A DNA stretch of 64,000 nucleotides from an uncultured Actinomycetota bacterium (GCA_963797465.1 CAWCPD010000003.1:135899-199898); one strand, 5' to 3'. Positions 1 through 10,332 are shown, numbered from the stretch's first letter. Numbers and translations: made by a program. Notes: generated by a model from the sequence alone, not told the origin.

Positions 1-1
1 C

Positions 2-496
2 GCGGACTGGGCGGCGGGCTCGACGGACGGCGAGCTGGTGCCGTTCCTCGCCGAGGTCACCCGCTGGCTGGCATCGGGCGCGCCGGTGCTCTTCGAGGAG
101 TTCGGCTTGCCGACCGTGCCCACGACCCTGCCGGACGAGGGCCTGCTCGACGAGGCGGCCGCTGCCGAGTACACGGGGCGCGTGCTCGACGGGCTTCGGG
201 CGGTCGGTTGCCGGGGCGCGTTCCTCTGGTGCTTCAGCGACTACGCCTCCGACCTCGCATCCGTCCCGCCGTTCGACGCGGCACCGCACGAGCTCAGCTT
301 CGGCCTCTGGCGAGCGGACGGCACTGCCAAGGCCGCGGTCTCCCAGGTGACCTCCCGGGCAGGCGCCGCCTGCGTCCCGCCGGGGAGTCCGGGCGCCTGG
401 CTCGACATCGACGCCGCCACGTTCGCGGAGGACCGGCGCCATCACCTCCGGCGTCTCTACGGTCGCTTCCGCGCTACGAGACGCTCACCGGCGTGA
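2..496 (+). CDS. C-terminal part of a clan GH-A-like glycoside hydrolase (5' end outside window)
   Basis: Frame is open from the window edge to the stop at 494-496. VLFEEFGLP resembles the nucleophile-Glu strand of (beta/alpha)8 hydrolases. Family assignment is weak. Confidence 0.4.
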   Translation, partial: ADWAAGSTDGELVPFLAEVTRWLASGAPVLFEEFGLPTVPTTLPDEGLLDEAAAAEYTGRVLDGLRAVGCRGAFLWCFSDYASDLASVPPFDAAPHELSFGLWRADGTAKAAVSQVTSRAGAACVPPGSPGAWLDIDAATFAEDRRHHLRRLYGRFRATRRSPA

Positions 497-656
497 TCCG
501 GGAACGATGCCCGCGTCGGTAGATGAGAATAGACCGGTGCTCGCCGTGCGACGCTCCGAGACCGAGGTGCCGGTCGAGCTCGAGGCCTGCGTCGCCGCCG
601 CCGAGGTCGACCTGTGGAGCTGAGCATGGTCCGGCTGATGTCAAGGCGCGAGAGTC

Positions 657-3104
657 GTGCAAGCGACTGAGAGCAGCGGACGATCCGAGCAGGTCGAGGA
701 GGCGAAGGTCGCGATCATCGGCGGCGGTATCGCCGGCTGCAGCCTCGCGTATCACCTGACGAAGCTCGGCTGGAACGATGTCGTTCTGCTCGAGCAGGCC
801 GACCTGACCTCCGGCTCTACCTGGCACGCGGCCGGTCTCTGCACGCAGTTCAACTCGAGCTACAACCTGATGGGGCTGCTGCGCTACTCGGTCGAGCTCT
901 ACCAGCTGCTCGAGGCGGAGACCGGGCAGGCGGTCGACTACCACGCCTGTGGAAGCGTTCGGCTTGCGGCCTCCGACGATCGGCTCGAGGAGTTCCGGCA
1001 GCGAGCGGCGATGGCGGAGCTCGTCGGCGTGCCGTTCGAGCTCGTCGGGCCTGCGCGGCTTGCAGAGCTGCATCCGCTGGTCGACACGAGCGGCATCCGC
1101 GCCGCCGCGTACCTGCCGACCGACGGGCATGTCGACCCGACGAGCCTGGCGAATGCCTTCGTGCGTGGCGCGATCGGCGCGCGGATTCGCCGCGGGACGG
1201 CGGTGCGTGGGATCCGACGCGAGCGTCACGGGTGGCTGCTCGAGACCTCAGCCGGACAGGTACGGGCGGAGATCGTCGTGAACGCCGCGGGCCAGTGGGC
1301 TCGTGAGGTCGCCCGGCTTGCCGGCGCAGAGTTGCCGCTCGTCCCGCTCCAGCATCACTACGTCGTGACGGCGCCTCTGGCCGAGGTCGCGGCGTTGGGG
1401 CGAGAGCTTCCTGTTCTGCGCGACGCGGACGCGTCGTACTACGTGCGTCAGGAGGGTCAGGGTCTGCTGGTCGGGCCGTTCGAGCGCAATCCGCTTCCGT
1501 GGGCGATCGACGGCATCCCGCCAGGCTTCAACGCGAAGCTCTTGCCGCCGGACCTCGACCAGATCGAGGAGCCTCTTGCGGCAGCGGCCGAGCGACTGCC
1601 GGTGTTCGCGGACGCCGGCATCAGCTCGGTCGTCAACGGCCCGGACGCCTATACGCCCGACGGCCGCTGCCTGATGGGGCCCGTCCCCGGGTTGCCAGAC
1701 TTCCACGTCCTTGCCGGCTTCAGCATCTTCGGGATCGTCTTCGCGGGCGGGGCTGGGCGCTACGCGGCCGAGTGGATCGTCAAGGGACAGCCGAGCGACA
1801 ACATGTGGGAGCTCGACGTCCGCCGTTTCGGCGGGTATGCAGCTTCGAAGCAGTATCTCGTCCCCCGTGCGTGCCAGGTCTACGAGCGCGAGTACGCGAT
1901 CCACTACCCCGAGGAGGAGCTGCCGGCGGGGCGACCGCTCAAGGTCGATCCGATCTACGAGCGGCTGGCCGCCCGCGGCGCGGTCTTCGGCGAGCGTTTC
2001 GGCTGGGAGCGGCCGCTGTGGTTCTCGCCTAACGGCACAGCACGCGACGAGTACTCGTTCCGGCGCGGCAACTGGTTCGACGCCGTAAGTGAGGAGTGCC
2101 GCGCTGTTCGCTCGCGGGTCGGCGTGCTCGACCAGACGAGCTTCGCCAAGTTCGCCGTGTCGGGGCCTGGCGCGGAGCCGTTCCTCGACCGGGTCGTCGC
2201 CAACCGCCTGCCGGCGGAGGTCGGGCGGATGGCGTTGACGCAGGCCTGCCGTCCCGGCGGCGGCATCGAATGCGACCTGACGGTCACGCGCGTCGAGCGC
2301 GATCGTTTCTACGTCGTTTCCGCCGCCGCCACCGAGGAGCACGATTACGCGTGGTTGCAGTCGCACCTCCGCGACGAGGACGACGTCCGGCTCGAGAACG
2401 TCACCGACGCCTACGGCGTGCTGACGCTCGCAGGCCCGCGTTCGCGCGAGCTTCTACAGGGGCTGACCGAGACGGATGTGTCGCGGACGGCGCTGCCGTT
2501 CTTCCGCGCGCGCGATCTGCACGTGGGGCCCGTGCCGACGCTCGTACTGCGGGTCTCGTACGTCGGCGAGCTCGGCTTCGAGCTGCACCATCCCCTTGAG
2601 CAGCAACCAGTCCTGGACGAGCTCGTGCAGAAGGCCGGGGCGCCGCTCGGCATCGTCGACTTCGGCTACCGCGCACTCGACTCGATGCGGCTCGAGAAGG
2701 CCTACCGTCTCTGGGGCGTGGACATGTCCGCCGACTACACCCCGCTCGAAGCCGGGCTCGAGCGCTTCGTCTGCTTCGACAAGGGCGACTTCGTCGGTCG
2801 CGACGCCCTGCTGCGCCAGCGCGAGGCCGGAATCCGCCGCACGCTCGCCTGTCTGACGGTCGACTCGAGCGACGCGGACGCGCACGGCTACGAACCGGTC
2901 CGGGCCGACGGCGAGCCGATCGGTTACGTCGCCGCCGGCGGGTACGGCCACGTCGTCGAGCGGAGCATCGCGCTTGCCTACCTCCCCGTCGAGCACGCTG
3001 CTCCGGGAACGACTCTGACCGTCGACATCGTCGGCGAGCCGATGCCCGCCACGGTCGTGGCGCAGCCGCTCTACGATCCCGGGAATCTGCGGTTGCTCTC
3101 GTGA
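657..3104 (+). CDS. FAD-dependent oxidoreductase fused to GcvT-like aminomethyltransferase domain (sarcosine/dimethylglycine dehydrogenase family)
   Basis: 815 aa ORF. N-terminal dinucleotide fold VAIIGGGIAGCSLAYHL. C-terminal half has folate-binding GcvT-like motifs (RLEKAYRLWG, GYVAAGGYG). GTG start at 657. Confidence 0.85.
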   Translation: MQATESSGRSEQVEEAKVAIIGGGIAGCSLAYHLTKLGWNDVVLLEQADLTSGSTWHAAGLCTQFNSSYNLMGLLRYSVELYQLLEAETGQAVDYHACGSVRLAASDDRLEEFRQRAAMAELVGVPFELVGPARLAELHPLVDTSGIRAAAYLPTDGHVDPTSLANAFVRGAIGARIRRGTAVRGIRRERHGWLLETSAGQVRAEIVVNAAGQWAREVARLAGAELPLVPLQHHYVVTAPLAEVAALGRELPVLRDADASYYVRQEGQGLLVGPFERNPLPWAIDGIPPGFNAKLLPPDLDQIEEPLAAAAERLPVFADAGISSVVNGPDAYTPDGRCLMGPVPGLPDFHVLAGFSIFGIVFAGGAGRYAAEWIVKGQPSDNMWELDVRRFGGYAASKQYLVPRACQVYEREYAIHYPEEELPAGRPLKVDPIYERLAARGAVFGERFGWERPLWFSPNGTARDEYSFRRGNWFDAVSEECRAVRSRVGVLDQTSFAKFAVSGPGAEPFLDRVVANRLPAEVGRMALTQACRPGGGIECDLTVTRVERDRFYVVSAAATEEHDYAWLQSHLRDEDDVRLENVTDAYGVLTLAGPRSRELLQGLTETDVSRTALPFFRARDLHVGPVPTLVLRVSYVGELGFELHHPLEQQPVLDELVQKAGAPLGIVDFGYRALDSMRLEKAYRLWGVDMSADYTPLEAGLERFVCFDKGDFVGRDALLRQREAGIRRTLACLTVDSSDADAHGYEPVRADGEPIGYVAAGGYGHVVERSIALAYLPVEHAAPGTTLTVDIVGEPMPATVVAQPLYDPGNLRLLS

Positions 3105-3739
3105 ACGCCCACCTCGATCCCTACGCGCCCGTCCGCTGGGAGCTCGTCCCCGGTAGGACGGTGCTCGTACTGATCGACCTCCAGCGTGACTTTCTCCACG
3201 CCGACGGCTGGTACGCGAAGGGAGGGATCGACGTCTCGCACATGCAGCGTGTGATCGAGCCGACCCAGCGCCTGGTCGCCGCGGCGCGGCGCGCGCGCCT
3301 GCCCGTCGTCTGGACGCGGCACGGCTACAAGGACGGGAGCGATGCCGGGCCGTTTCTGCAGCTTCGCCCGTTCCTCCGCGACGGCGGCCTCCGGCAGGGC
3401 ACGTGGGGATACGCGATCCACGACGAGTTCGACGTCCGTCCCGAGGACTGGACGGTCGAGAAGGCGCGCCTGAGCGCGTTCTTCAACACGAACCTGGAGC
3501 TCGTTCTCCGAGGCCTTCAGGCGGAGACCGTGCTCCTCGCCGGCGTGCTCACGAACCAGTGCGTCGCTGCGACCTCGAAGGACGCGATGTTCCGCGACTT
3601 CAAGCCGATCGTCGTCGCCGAGTGCACGGGCACGACGCTGCCGCACCTGCACGAGCCGGCACTGGAGATGATCCGCGTCGGCTGGGGCGAAGTACGCTCG
3701 CTCGACGACACGATGGCCGATCTCGAGTCACTCGCATGA
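3101..3739 (+). CDS. isochorismatase-family cysteine hydrolase (amidase-like)
   Basis: 212 aa. VLVLIDLQRDF and LAGVLTNQCVAATSKDA motifs of the isochorismatase superfamily. GTGA overlap with the upstream gene. Confidence 0.85.
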   Translation: MNAHLDPYAPVRWELVPGRTVLVLIDLQRDFLHADGWYAKGGIDVSHMQRVIEPTQRLVAAARRARLPVVWTRHGYKDGSDAGPFLQLRPFLRDGGLRQGTWGYAIHDEFDVRPEDWTVEKARLSAFFNTNLELVLRGLQAETVLLAGVLTNQCVAATSKDAMFRDFKPIVVAECTGTTLPHLHEPALEMIRVGWGEVRSLDDTMADLESLA

Positions 3740-4725
3740 AGCTCGGCGCCCACTTCCTGCCCGAGAACCTGCCGGAGTTCCTCGCGTCGGTCCGCGCCGC
3801 CGAGGAGGCCGGCTACGCGCGCGCCTGGCTCGTCGACGGCCAGATGCTGTGGCAGGACCTCTACGTCTACCTGACCCGCGCGCTTGCCGCCACGGAGCGG
3901 ATCGCGGTCGGCAGCGGTGTGACGAATCCGCTCACGCGCCACCCGTCCGTGACGGCGAGCGCGCACGCGACCCTTGCCGATCTGCACCCGGGCCGCGTGC
4001 TGCTCGGCCTCGGGCGCGGCGACAACGCGGTGCGCACGCTCGGCCTCGAGCCGGTGCCGACGGCCGAGCTCGCGAAGACGGTTCCCCTTCTGCGTGCCTG
4101 GATGAGCGGCGAGGAGGCGCAGGGCGCCCGCATCCGGTGGGCGCACGAGCGGGTCCCGATCATGATGGGCGCCACCGGCCCGAGGAACCTGCGTCTGGCT
4201 GGTGCGCTGGCCGACATCGCGATGATCTATGTCGGCGTCCATCCCGTCTCCGTCCGCTGGGCGATCGACCACGTCCGGGCGGGCGCAGAGGAGGCCGGGC
4301 GTGACCCGGCGGACGTCTCGATCGCAGCGCTCTGCGCCATGCACGTCTCCGACGACCAGGAGCGCGCGTGGGAGGAATGCCGCTGGGCACCCGCCGCCTG
4401 CGCGAACCACATCGCCTCGACGCTGCGGTCGAACCCCGCGCACGGCATGCCCGAGGAGATGACGCGTCTGGTCGCGGCGCGCGACTCCTACGACTACTAC
4501 GGCGGCCACCTCGACTCGTCCGCCGAGCACACGAGCTACCTGACCGGCGACCTCGTCGACGACTTCGCCATCGCCGGGCCCGCCGAGCGCTGCCTCGCGA
4601 AGATCCGCGAGCTGGGTCGGCTGGGGGTCGACGAGGTCTCGACCGCGTACCTGAACGGGAGGTTCGAGCAGATGGAGCGGGCGCGGGAGACGATCATCCC
4701 GGCGCTGAGCGAGGCGACCCGGTGA
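3736..4725 (+). CDS. LLM-class (luciferase-like) flavin/F420-dependent oxidoreductase
   Basis: In-frame ATG at 3736 inside ORF 3403..4725. MKLGAHFLPENLPEF...GYARAWLVDGQ is a typical LLM TIM-barrel N-terminus. ATGA overlap with the upstream stop. Confidence 0.8.
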   Translation: MKLGAHFLPENLPEFLASVRAAEEAGYARAWLVDGQMLWQDLYVYLTRALAATERIAVGSGVTNPLTRHPSVTASAHATLADLHPGRVLLGLGRGDNAVRTLGLEPVPTAELAKTVPLLRAWMSGEEAQGARIRWAHERVPIMMGATGPRNLRLAGALADIAMIYVGVHPVSVRWAIDHVRAGAEEAGRDPADVSIAALCAMHVSDDQERAWEECRWAPAACANHIASTLRSNPAHGMPEEMTRLVAARDSYDYYGGHLDSSAEHTSYLTGDLVDDFAIAGPAERCLAKIRELGRLGVDEVSTAYLNGRFEQMERARETIIPALSEATR

Positions 4726-7700
4726 AGCGCATCGGCGTCGACGTCGGCGGCACCTTCACCGACCTGATCCTCGTCGACGAGGAGGCGGGCCGGATCACCG
4801 TCGACAAGGTTCCGTCCACCCCCGACGACCCTGCGAGGGGCGTCGTCGCAGGCGTCCGCGCGCTGTGCGAGAAGGCCGGGGTCGCCCTGGCAGAGGTCGA
4901 CAACCTGCTGCACGGGACGACCGTCGCGACGAACATCGTGCTCACGCACAGCGGCGCGGAGGTGGGCCTGCTGACGACCCACGGCTTCCGCGACATCCTC
5001 CACATCGCGCGCCATAAGAAGCCGTTCAACTTCTCGCTCCAGCAGGAGCTGCCGTGGCAGTCGCGGCCGCTCGTCAAGCGTCGCCACCGGCTGTGCGTCC
5101 GCGAGCGGGTGACGGTGCCCGACGGCGAGGTGCTGACAGGTCTCGACGATGACGAGGCCCGCGAGCAGGTGCGCCGCCTGCGGGCCGCCGGCGTCGAGGC
5201 GGTCGCCGTCTGCCTGCTCCACTCGTACTTGAACCCCGAGCACGAGCGGCGCATCAAGGAGATCGTGCTCGACGAGTTCCCGGAGGCGTTCCTCTCGGTC
5301 TCGCACGAGGTCCTGCCGCTCTACCGCGAGTTCGAGCGCTTCTCCACCACATGCCTGAACGCGTACATCGGCCCCAAGGTCTCCACGTATGTCGCACGTT
5401 TCGATGCGGCGCTCCGTGAGGCCGGGTTCGAGCACGAGGTGCAGCTGATGCAGTCGGCAGGCGGCATGGCGACGGTCGCCTCGGCGACGCAGCGGCCGGT
5501 CAACCTGCTCATGTCCGGGCCGGTGGCCGGGCTGATCGGCGGCATCTGGGCGGGGAAGATGGCCGGCTACGACAACGTGGTCACCCTCGACATCGGCGGC
5601 ACGTCGGCCGACATCGGCGTCGCCGCCGGCGGGCTCCTGCGCATGCGCCACCTGCTCGACACGAGAGTCGGCGACTACCAGGCGATGGTGCCGATGGTCG
5701 ACATCGACACGATCGGCGCCGGCGGCGGCTCGATCGCCTACGTCGACGCAGGCGGCGTGTTCCGCGTCGGCCCCGAGTCGGCGGGCGCCGATCCCGGCCC
5801 CGCCTGCTACGGACGCGGCGGCGAGCAGCCGACCTCGACGGACGCGCAGCTCGTCCTCGGCCGGCTCCGGCCAGAACGGGGCCTGCTCGGCGGCGAGATG
5901 CAGCTCGACCCGGAGCTCGCCCGGCGGGCAATGGGCGACGTGGCCGCGAGCTTGGGCCTTTCGGTCGAGGAGGCGGCGCTCGGTGCATTGCAGATCCAGA
6001 AGTTCGGGATGGCTCAGGCGATCGAGCTGAACAGCGTCCGCCGCGGCTACGACCCGCGCGAGTTCACCCTCGTCGCGGCCGGCGGCGCCGGGCCCCTCTT
6101 CGCCTGCGACATCGCGCTCGAGCTCGAGATTCCTCGCGTCCTCGTTCCCCCGCACCCCGGGATCACGTCGGCGACCGGCCTGCTCGCGACCGACCTCCAG
6201 CACGAGTACGTCGCAACCGAGCGCCATGCGCTGCGAACGCTCGACCACGAGCGCGTCGCCGCCCGGTACGAGCAGCTCAGCGCAGAGGCGGTGGCGCAAC
6301 TGGACGCGGATCAGGTGCCGGAGGAGCGGAGGCTCGTCCGGCGGCTCGCCGACTGCCGCTACGCCGGTCAGGGCTACGAGGTGCGGTTCGACGTTCCCGC
6401 CGGCGGGATCGACGACGTCTGGGCGGAGAGGCTCGCGGATGCGTTCCACGCCGCGCACGAGCGCGAGTACGGGCACCGCTTCGACGCGGAGATCGAGATC
6501 GTCAACATCCGCGTCGTCGGCATCGGCCGGATCGAGGAGCTCGACTGGACGGAGGTGCAGCCGGGCGACGGCGACCCGAGCGCCGCGCAGACCGTCACGC
6601 GTGACGTCGTCTTCGACGTCGACGGCCGCGCCGAAAGCCGCCCGACGCCGTTCTTCGATCGCGAGCGGCTGCGGGCCGGCGACCGGATCGCGGGCCCGGC
6701 GATCATCGAGCAGTACGACTCGACGACCGTCGTTCCACCCGGCCTCGTCGCCGAGATCGACCGCCACGGCAACATCGTCGTCGACTGCACGGTCGGTACG
6801 CAGATCACGCGGGGCGAGCTCGCGACGCCGATTCTGATGCGCGTGATCGGCGGCGCCTTCTCTGCGATCGCGAAGGAGATGTCGAGCGTCCTCTTCCGGA
6901 TGTCGTACTCGTCGATCATCCGCGAGTCCGAGGACCTCGGGGCCGGCATCTTCGACGCCGAGGGGAACGAGCTCGCCGAGTCCGACTCGACCCCGATGTT
7001 CATGGGCGCGATGCCCAAGATCGTCAAGGGCGTCCTGAAGCTGCTCGGGGACGACATCCACGACGGTGACGTGATGCTCCACAACGACCCGTATCTCGGT
7101 GCGACGCACTCTCCCGACGTCGCGATCGTGATCCCGATCTTCCACGACGGCGAGCTCGTCGGCTTCTCCGGGGCCTCCGCACACCTGCTCGACATCGGCG
7201 GTGCCTTCCCCGGCCTTGCCGTCGACCTGGTCGACAACTGGTCGGAGGGAAGCATCTACCGCGCCGTCAAGCTCTCCGAGCGCGGCGTCCGCCAGGACGC
7301 GCTCTGGAAGCACATCCTCGGGAACACGCGCACGCCGACGTACAACCGCGGAGACATCGAGGCGATGATCGCGGCCTGCGAGCTGGCGAAGACGCGCTAC
7401 CTCGAGCTGCTGCGCCGCTACGGGAGCGACGCGGTCCTGGGCGCCGCCCGCGACTGGATCGACTACTCCGAGCGGATGCTCCGGCAGGAGATCGCCAAGG
7501 TGCCGGACGGCATCTACGAGACGGATGTCGGCTGGCTCGACGACGACGGCCGCAACCGCGGCGTCCAACTGCCGGTGAAGGTGAAGGTGATCGTCGAGGG
7601 GGACGAGCTGACCATCGACCTGACCGGCTCGAGCGACGAGGTGCCGACCGGCTTCAACTGCCCGTTCGAGGGGACGACCGTCTCGGCGATGACGTTCATC

Positions 7701-8564
7701 GTCCGGATGATCTTCCTCGACGAGGCGGCGTATCCGGTCTTCGTCCCCCAGAACGAGGGGATGCTCAAGCCTGTGCACGTGATCGCACCCAAGGGCTCGA
7801 TCTTCAACCCGAACTACCCGCGCGCCTGCTTCGCCCGCTTCTGCCAGGTGCAGCGCGCGGTCGACCTGGTGCTGAAGGCGCTCGCCGGAGTCGTGCCCGA
7901 GCAGATCACCGCGGGCAACTCCGCCCACCTCCACTTCATCTCCTACTCCGGCTTCAACGCCGAGAGCCAGGAGTACTGGGTGTACCTCGAAGTCGACGAG
8001 GGCTCCTACGGCGGTCGCCCCGGTCGCGACGGGCTCGACTCCGTCGACTGCCTGATCGCGAACACCCGCAACAACCCGATCGAAGAGCTCGAGTGGCGGT
8101 TCCCGATGCGAACGGAGCGATACGAGCTCCGCGACGAGCCGTGTGCGGCCGGCAAGTGGCGCGGCGGGATCGGGATGGTTCGCGTGAACCGATTCCTCCG
8201 CCACACGATCGTCACCTGCGAGGGCGAGCGCCACGACACCGACCCGCCCTGGGGCATCTTCGGCGGCCACGACGGGATCAACGCGTCGCTCGTCCGCAAC
8301 GCCGGGACGGCCGCCGAGGAACGCTGGCCGTCGAAGGTGACGGCCTCGGAGCTCGAGGCAGGCGACACGCTGCAGATCACGGTGCCGAGCTCCGGCGGCT
8401 ACGGCGACCCGTTCGAGCGTGACCCCAGCCTCGTCCTCGCCGACGTCCTCGACGGCTTCACGACGCTCGAGCTCGCCGAGCGCGACTACGGCGTCGTGAT
8501 CGACGCCGAGACGATGACGCTCGACCACGAGGCGACGGAGGGCCGACGCAAGGAGCGCCCCTAG
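4722..8564 (+). CDS. fused hydantoinase A / hydantoinase B (N-methylhydantoinase / 5-oxoprolinase family, ATP-hydrolysing)
   Basis: GTG at 4722 (GTGA overlap). VKRIGVDVGGTFTDLILVD is the HyuA N-terminus. The HyuB-like half starts near LATPILMRVIGGAF. About 1280 aa, uninterrupted. Confidence 0.85.
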   Translation: MKRIGVDVGGTFTDLILVDEEAGRITVDKVPSTPDDPARGVVAGVRALCEKAGVALAEVDNLLHGTTVATNIVLTHSGAEVGLLTTHGFRDILHIARHKKPFNFSLQQELPWQSRPLVKRRHRLCVRERVTVPDGEVLTGLDDDEAREQVRRLRAAGVEAVAVCLLHSYLNPEHERRIKEIVLDEFPEAFLSVSHEVLPLYREFERFSTTCLNAYIGPKVSTYVARFDAALREAGFEHEVQLMQSAGGMATVASATQRPVNLLMSGPVAGLIGGIWAGKMAGYDNVVTLDIGGTSADIGVAAGGLLRMRHLLDTRVGDYQAMVPMVDIDTIGAGGGSIAYVDAGGVFRVGPESAGADPGPACYGRGGEQPTSTDAQLVLGRLRPERGLLGGEMQLDPELARRAMGDVAASLGLSVEEAALGALQIQKFGMAQAIELNSVRRGYDPREFTLVAAGGAGPLFACDIALELEIPRVLVPPHPGITSATGLLATDLQHEYVATERHALRTLDHERVAARYEQLSAEAVAQLDADQVPEERRLVRRLADCRYAGQGYEVRFDVPAGGIDDVWAERLADAFHAAHEREYGHRFDAEIEIVNIRVVGIGRIEELDWTEVQPGDGDPSAAQTVTRDVVFDVDGRAESRPTPFFDRERLRAGDRIAGPAIIEQYDSTTVVPPGLVAEIDRHGNIVVDCTVGTQITRGELATPILMRVIGGAFSAIAKEMSSVLFRMSYSSIIRESEDLGAGIFDAEGNELAESDSTPMFMGAMPKIVKGVLKLLGDDIHDGDVMLHNDPYLGATHSPDVAIVIPIFHDGELVGFSGASAHLLDIGGAFPGLAVDLVDNWSEGSIYRAVKLSERGVRQDALWKHILGNTRTPTYNRGDIEAMIAACELAKTRYLELLRRYGSDAVLGAARDWIDYSERMLRQEIAKVPDGIYETDVGWLDDDGRNRGVQLPVKVKVIVEGDELTIDLTGSSDEVPTGFNCPFEGTTVSAMTFIVRMIFLDEAAYPVFVPQNEGMLKPVHVIAPKGSIFNPNYPRACFARFCQVQRAVDLVLKALAGVVPEQITAGNSAHLHFISYSGFNAESQEYWVYLEVDEGSYGGRPGRDGLDSVDCLIANTRNNPIEELEWRFPMRTERYELRDEPCAAGKWRGGIGMVRVNRFLRHTIVTCEGERHDTDPPWGIFGGHDGINASLVRNAGTAAEERWPSKVTASELEAGDTLQITVPSSGGYGDPFERDPSLVLADVLDGFTTLELAERDYGVVIDAETMTLDHEATEGRRKERP

Positions 8565-8685
8565 GTTGCAAGCCGGGACAGTCGAGTTCGGCGGCGGTCC
8601 ACCGTTGCGACAGGAGCGATCAATTGAGAAGCTCAGCGCAGACCCGTTCGAACCCAGCGAAGTCAGGCATTCGGAGGTGCTTGCT

Positions 8686-9456
8686 ATGGCCAAGGTGCTC
8701 GTGATCGTTCCGTTCGCCTTCGACGAGAAGGGACTCGCCAACCGACAGGCGCAGCAGGCGTCCGTCGAGCTCGGGCCCGACATCGAGTTCGACTTCCGCC
8801 CGGTCAAGGCCGGGCCGGCGCTCTTCGACAGCTACCACGACTGGCTGCTCGCCGATCTCGCGATGTTCGAAGCCGGCCTTTCGGCGGAGGAGGAGGGCTA
8901 CAACGCCGTCTGCATCGACACGATGAGCGACTCCGGCGTGAACGCGCTCCGCTCCGTCCTCGACATCCCGGTGATCGGCCCCGGGAAGGCCTCGTACTTG
9001 ACGGCGCTGCTGCTCGGCAACAAGTTCTCCGTGCTCACGCAGTGGGACCCCTGGAAGGGCCTCTACGTGAAGGGGCTCCAGGAGTACGGCCTCGTCGACA
9101 AGTGCGCCTCGATCCGGTCGATCAACGTTCCACCCGACGTCGAGAACCTGCTCGGCGGCAAGGAGGAGGTCGTCTTCCCGATGCTCGTCGAGGCCGGCCT
9201 TCAGTGCGTCGAGGACGGCGCCGATGTCATCTGCCTCGGCTCGACCACGATGCATCAGGCGCATGCGCATCTGAGTGCGAACCTGCCGGTACCCGTGATC
9301 AACCCCGGTCCGCTCACGTACAAGCTCGCCGAGGCGGTGCTCGGGCTCGGCCTGACGCACAGCCGGCAGGCCTACCCGAAGCCGAGCGTGCCGAAGGCCG
9401 AGATGGCTCACGCAATGCTGGAGGCCGCCGCCGCGAGCGAGCTCGCCACCGCCTGA
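8686..9456 (+). CDS. Asp/Glu/hydantoin racemase family protein
   Basis: ATG at 8686 preceded by GGAGGTG. MAKVLVIVPF..., VCIDTMSDSG and ICLGSTTMH match the two half-site motifs of the family (second Cys replaced by Ser). Confidence 0.75.
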   Translation: MAKVLVIVPFAFDEKGLANRQAQQASVELGPDIEFDFRPVKAGPALFDSYHDWLLADLAMFEAGLSAEEEGYNAVCIDTMSDSGVNALRSVLDIPVIGPGKASYLTALLLGNKFSVLTQWDPWKGLYVKGLQEYGLVDKCASIRSINVPPDVENLLGGKEEVVFPMLVEAGLQCVEDGADVICLGSTTMHQAHAHLSANLPVPVINPGPLTYKLAEAVLGLGLTHSRQAYPKPSVPKAEMAHAMLEAAAASELATA

Positions 9457-9516
9457 GAGCTCGTCCAGTGGCTCTTTCCGGGGATGCGCTATGCAGGCAC
9501 GGTGGTCGTGGCGATC

Positions 9517-10221
9517 CTACGAGGCGCGCGAGGGGACCCGCGGCTCCGAGAACGCCTCGATCCGGGCCAGGTAGTCGAGCACCGTCTCGAGTGGCTCCAC
9601 GTCGCCGAACTTGGCGTCGATGTCGAACAGGTTCCACTCGACGGCGCCGGCGACCCGGTCGCCGACGCACTCGCGGACGACGATCGGGCGGAACCCGTGT
9701 CCGATCGCGTCCTCGACCGTGTGCCGGACGCAGCCGGCCATCGTCACCCCGGTGACGATCACCGTATCGACCTGGGCCGCGCGCAGGGTCGAAGCGAGGT
9801 GCGTTCCGAAGAAGGCGCTCGCGAACTTCTTGACGATCACGTGTTCGCCCGGCTCAGGCGCAATCCGCTCATCGATCGCGACCGCCTCGCTGCCGAGCTG
9901 CAGCACCTCGACGGGGATCTTCAGGTGCCAGAGGCCCGTGTCGGGGGCCGGCTCGTCCGTCGTCGCGTAGGCGGTCGTCGTGTAGACGATCGGGACCCCT
10001 TTCGCGCGCGCCGCGGCGTTGAGCGCCTGCACTCCCGGGATGATCGTGTCCATGCCCTCGCAGGTGAACGGGTTCCCCGGCCGCGTCCACGCGTTCGCGA
10101 GATCGATGTGGATGAGCGCCGGTCTCGACCCGAACCCGACGCGGCGCATGAATCCGCGCGAACGGTAGAGGTCGGAGTCGGCCGAGAAGATCGTCTCCAG
10201 CGCCTGCTGAACGTCGTCCAT
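9517..10221 (-). CDS. isochorismatase-family amidase (N-carbamoylsarcosine amidase-like)
   Basis: 234 aa. ALIHIDLANAW and VIVTGVTMAGCVRHT (catalytic Cys motif). Lies downstream of the hydantoinase operon on the opposite strand (convergent with it). Confidence 0.8.
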   Translation of the reverse strand: MDDVQQALETIFSADSDLYRSRGFMRRVGFGSRPALIHIDLANAWTRPGNPFTCEGMDTIIPGVQALNAAARAKGVPIVYTTTAYATTDEPAPDTGLWHLKIPVEVLQLGSEAVAIDERIAPEPGEHVIVKKFASAFFGTHLASTLRAAQVDTVIVTGVTMAGCVRHTVEDAIGHGFRPIVVRECVGDRVAGAVEWNLFDIDAKFGDVEPLETVLDYLARIEAFSEPRVPSRAS

Positions 10222-10332
10222 CGCTCCTCCTCGGGAGATGATCGGAGATCATTCCACAGATGCTCGAGGAGTAGCCGGTCGCGCCGGAGCGGGGCGGTCC
10301 GCGAGAGAAACGGTTCGTTTCCCTCGCATCGA

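Noticed and set aside
497-656. Checked the region upstream of the GcvT-domain flavoenzyme for a glycine riboswitch.
   Set aside because: No tandem GGAGAG...CACCG...aptamer-like consensus was recognisable.
4536-8807. Very long minus-strand ORF (1423 aa) opposite the hydantoinase gene. Similar ORFs occur at 15964-18111, 13232-14839, 10474-11940, 57641-59860 and 34308-35558.
   Set aside because: These are typical stop-free antisense frames of high-GC coding DNA. The translations are Arg/Ala/Gly/Pro-rich with no motifs, whereas the opposite strand encodes clearly recognisable proteins.
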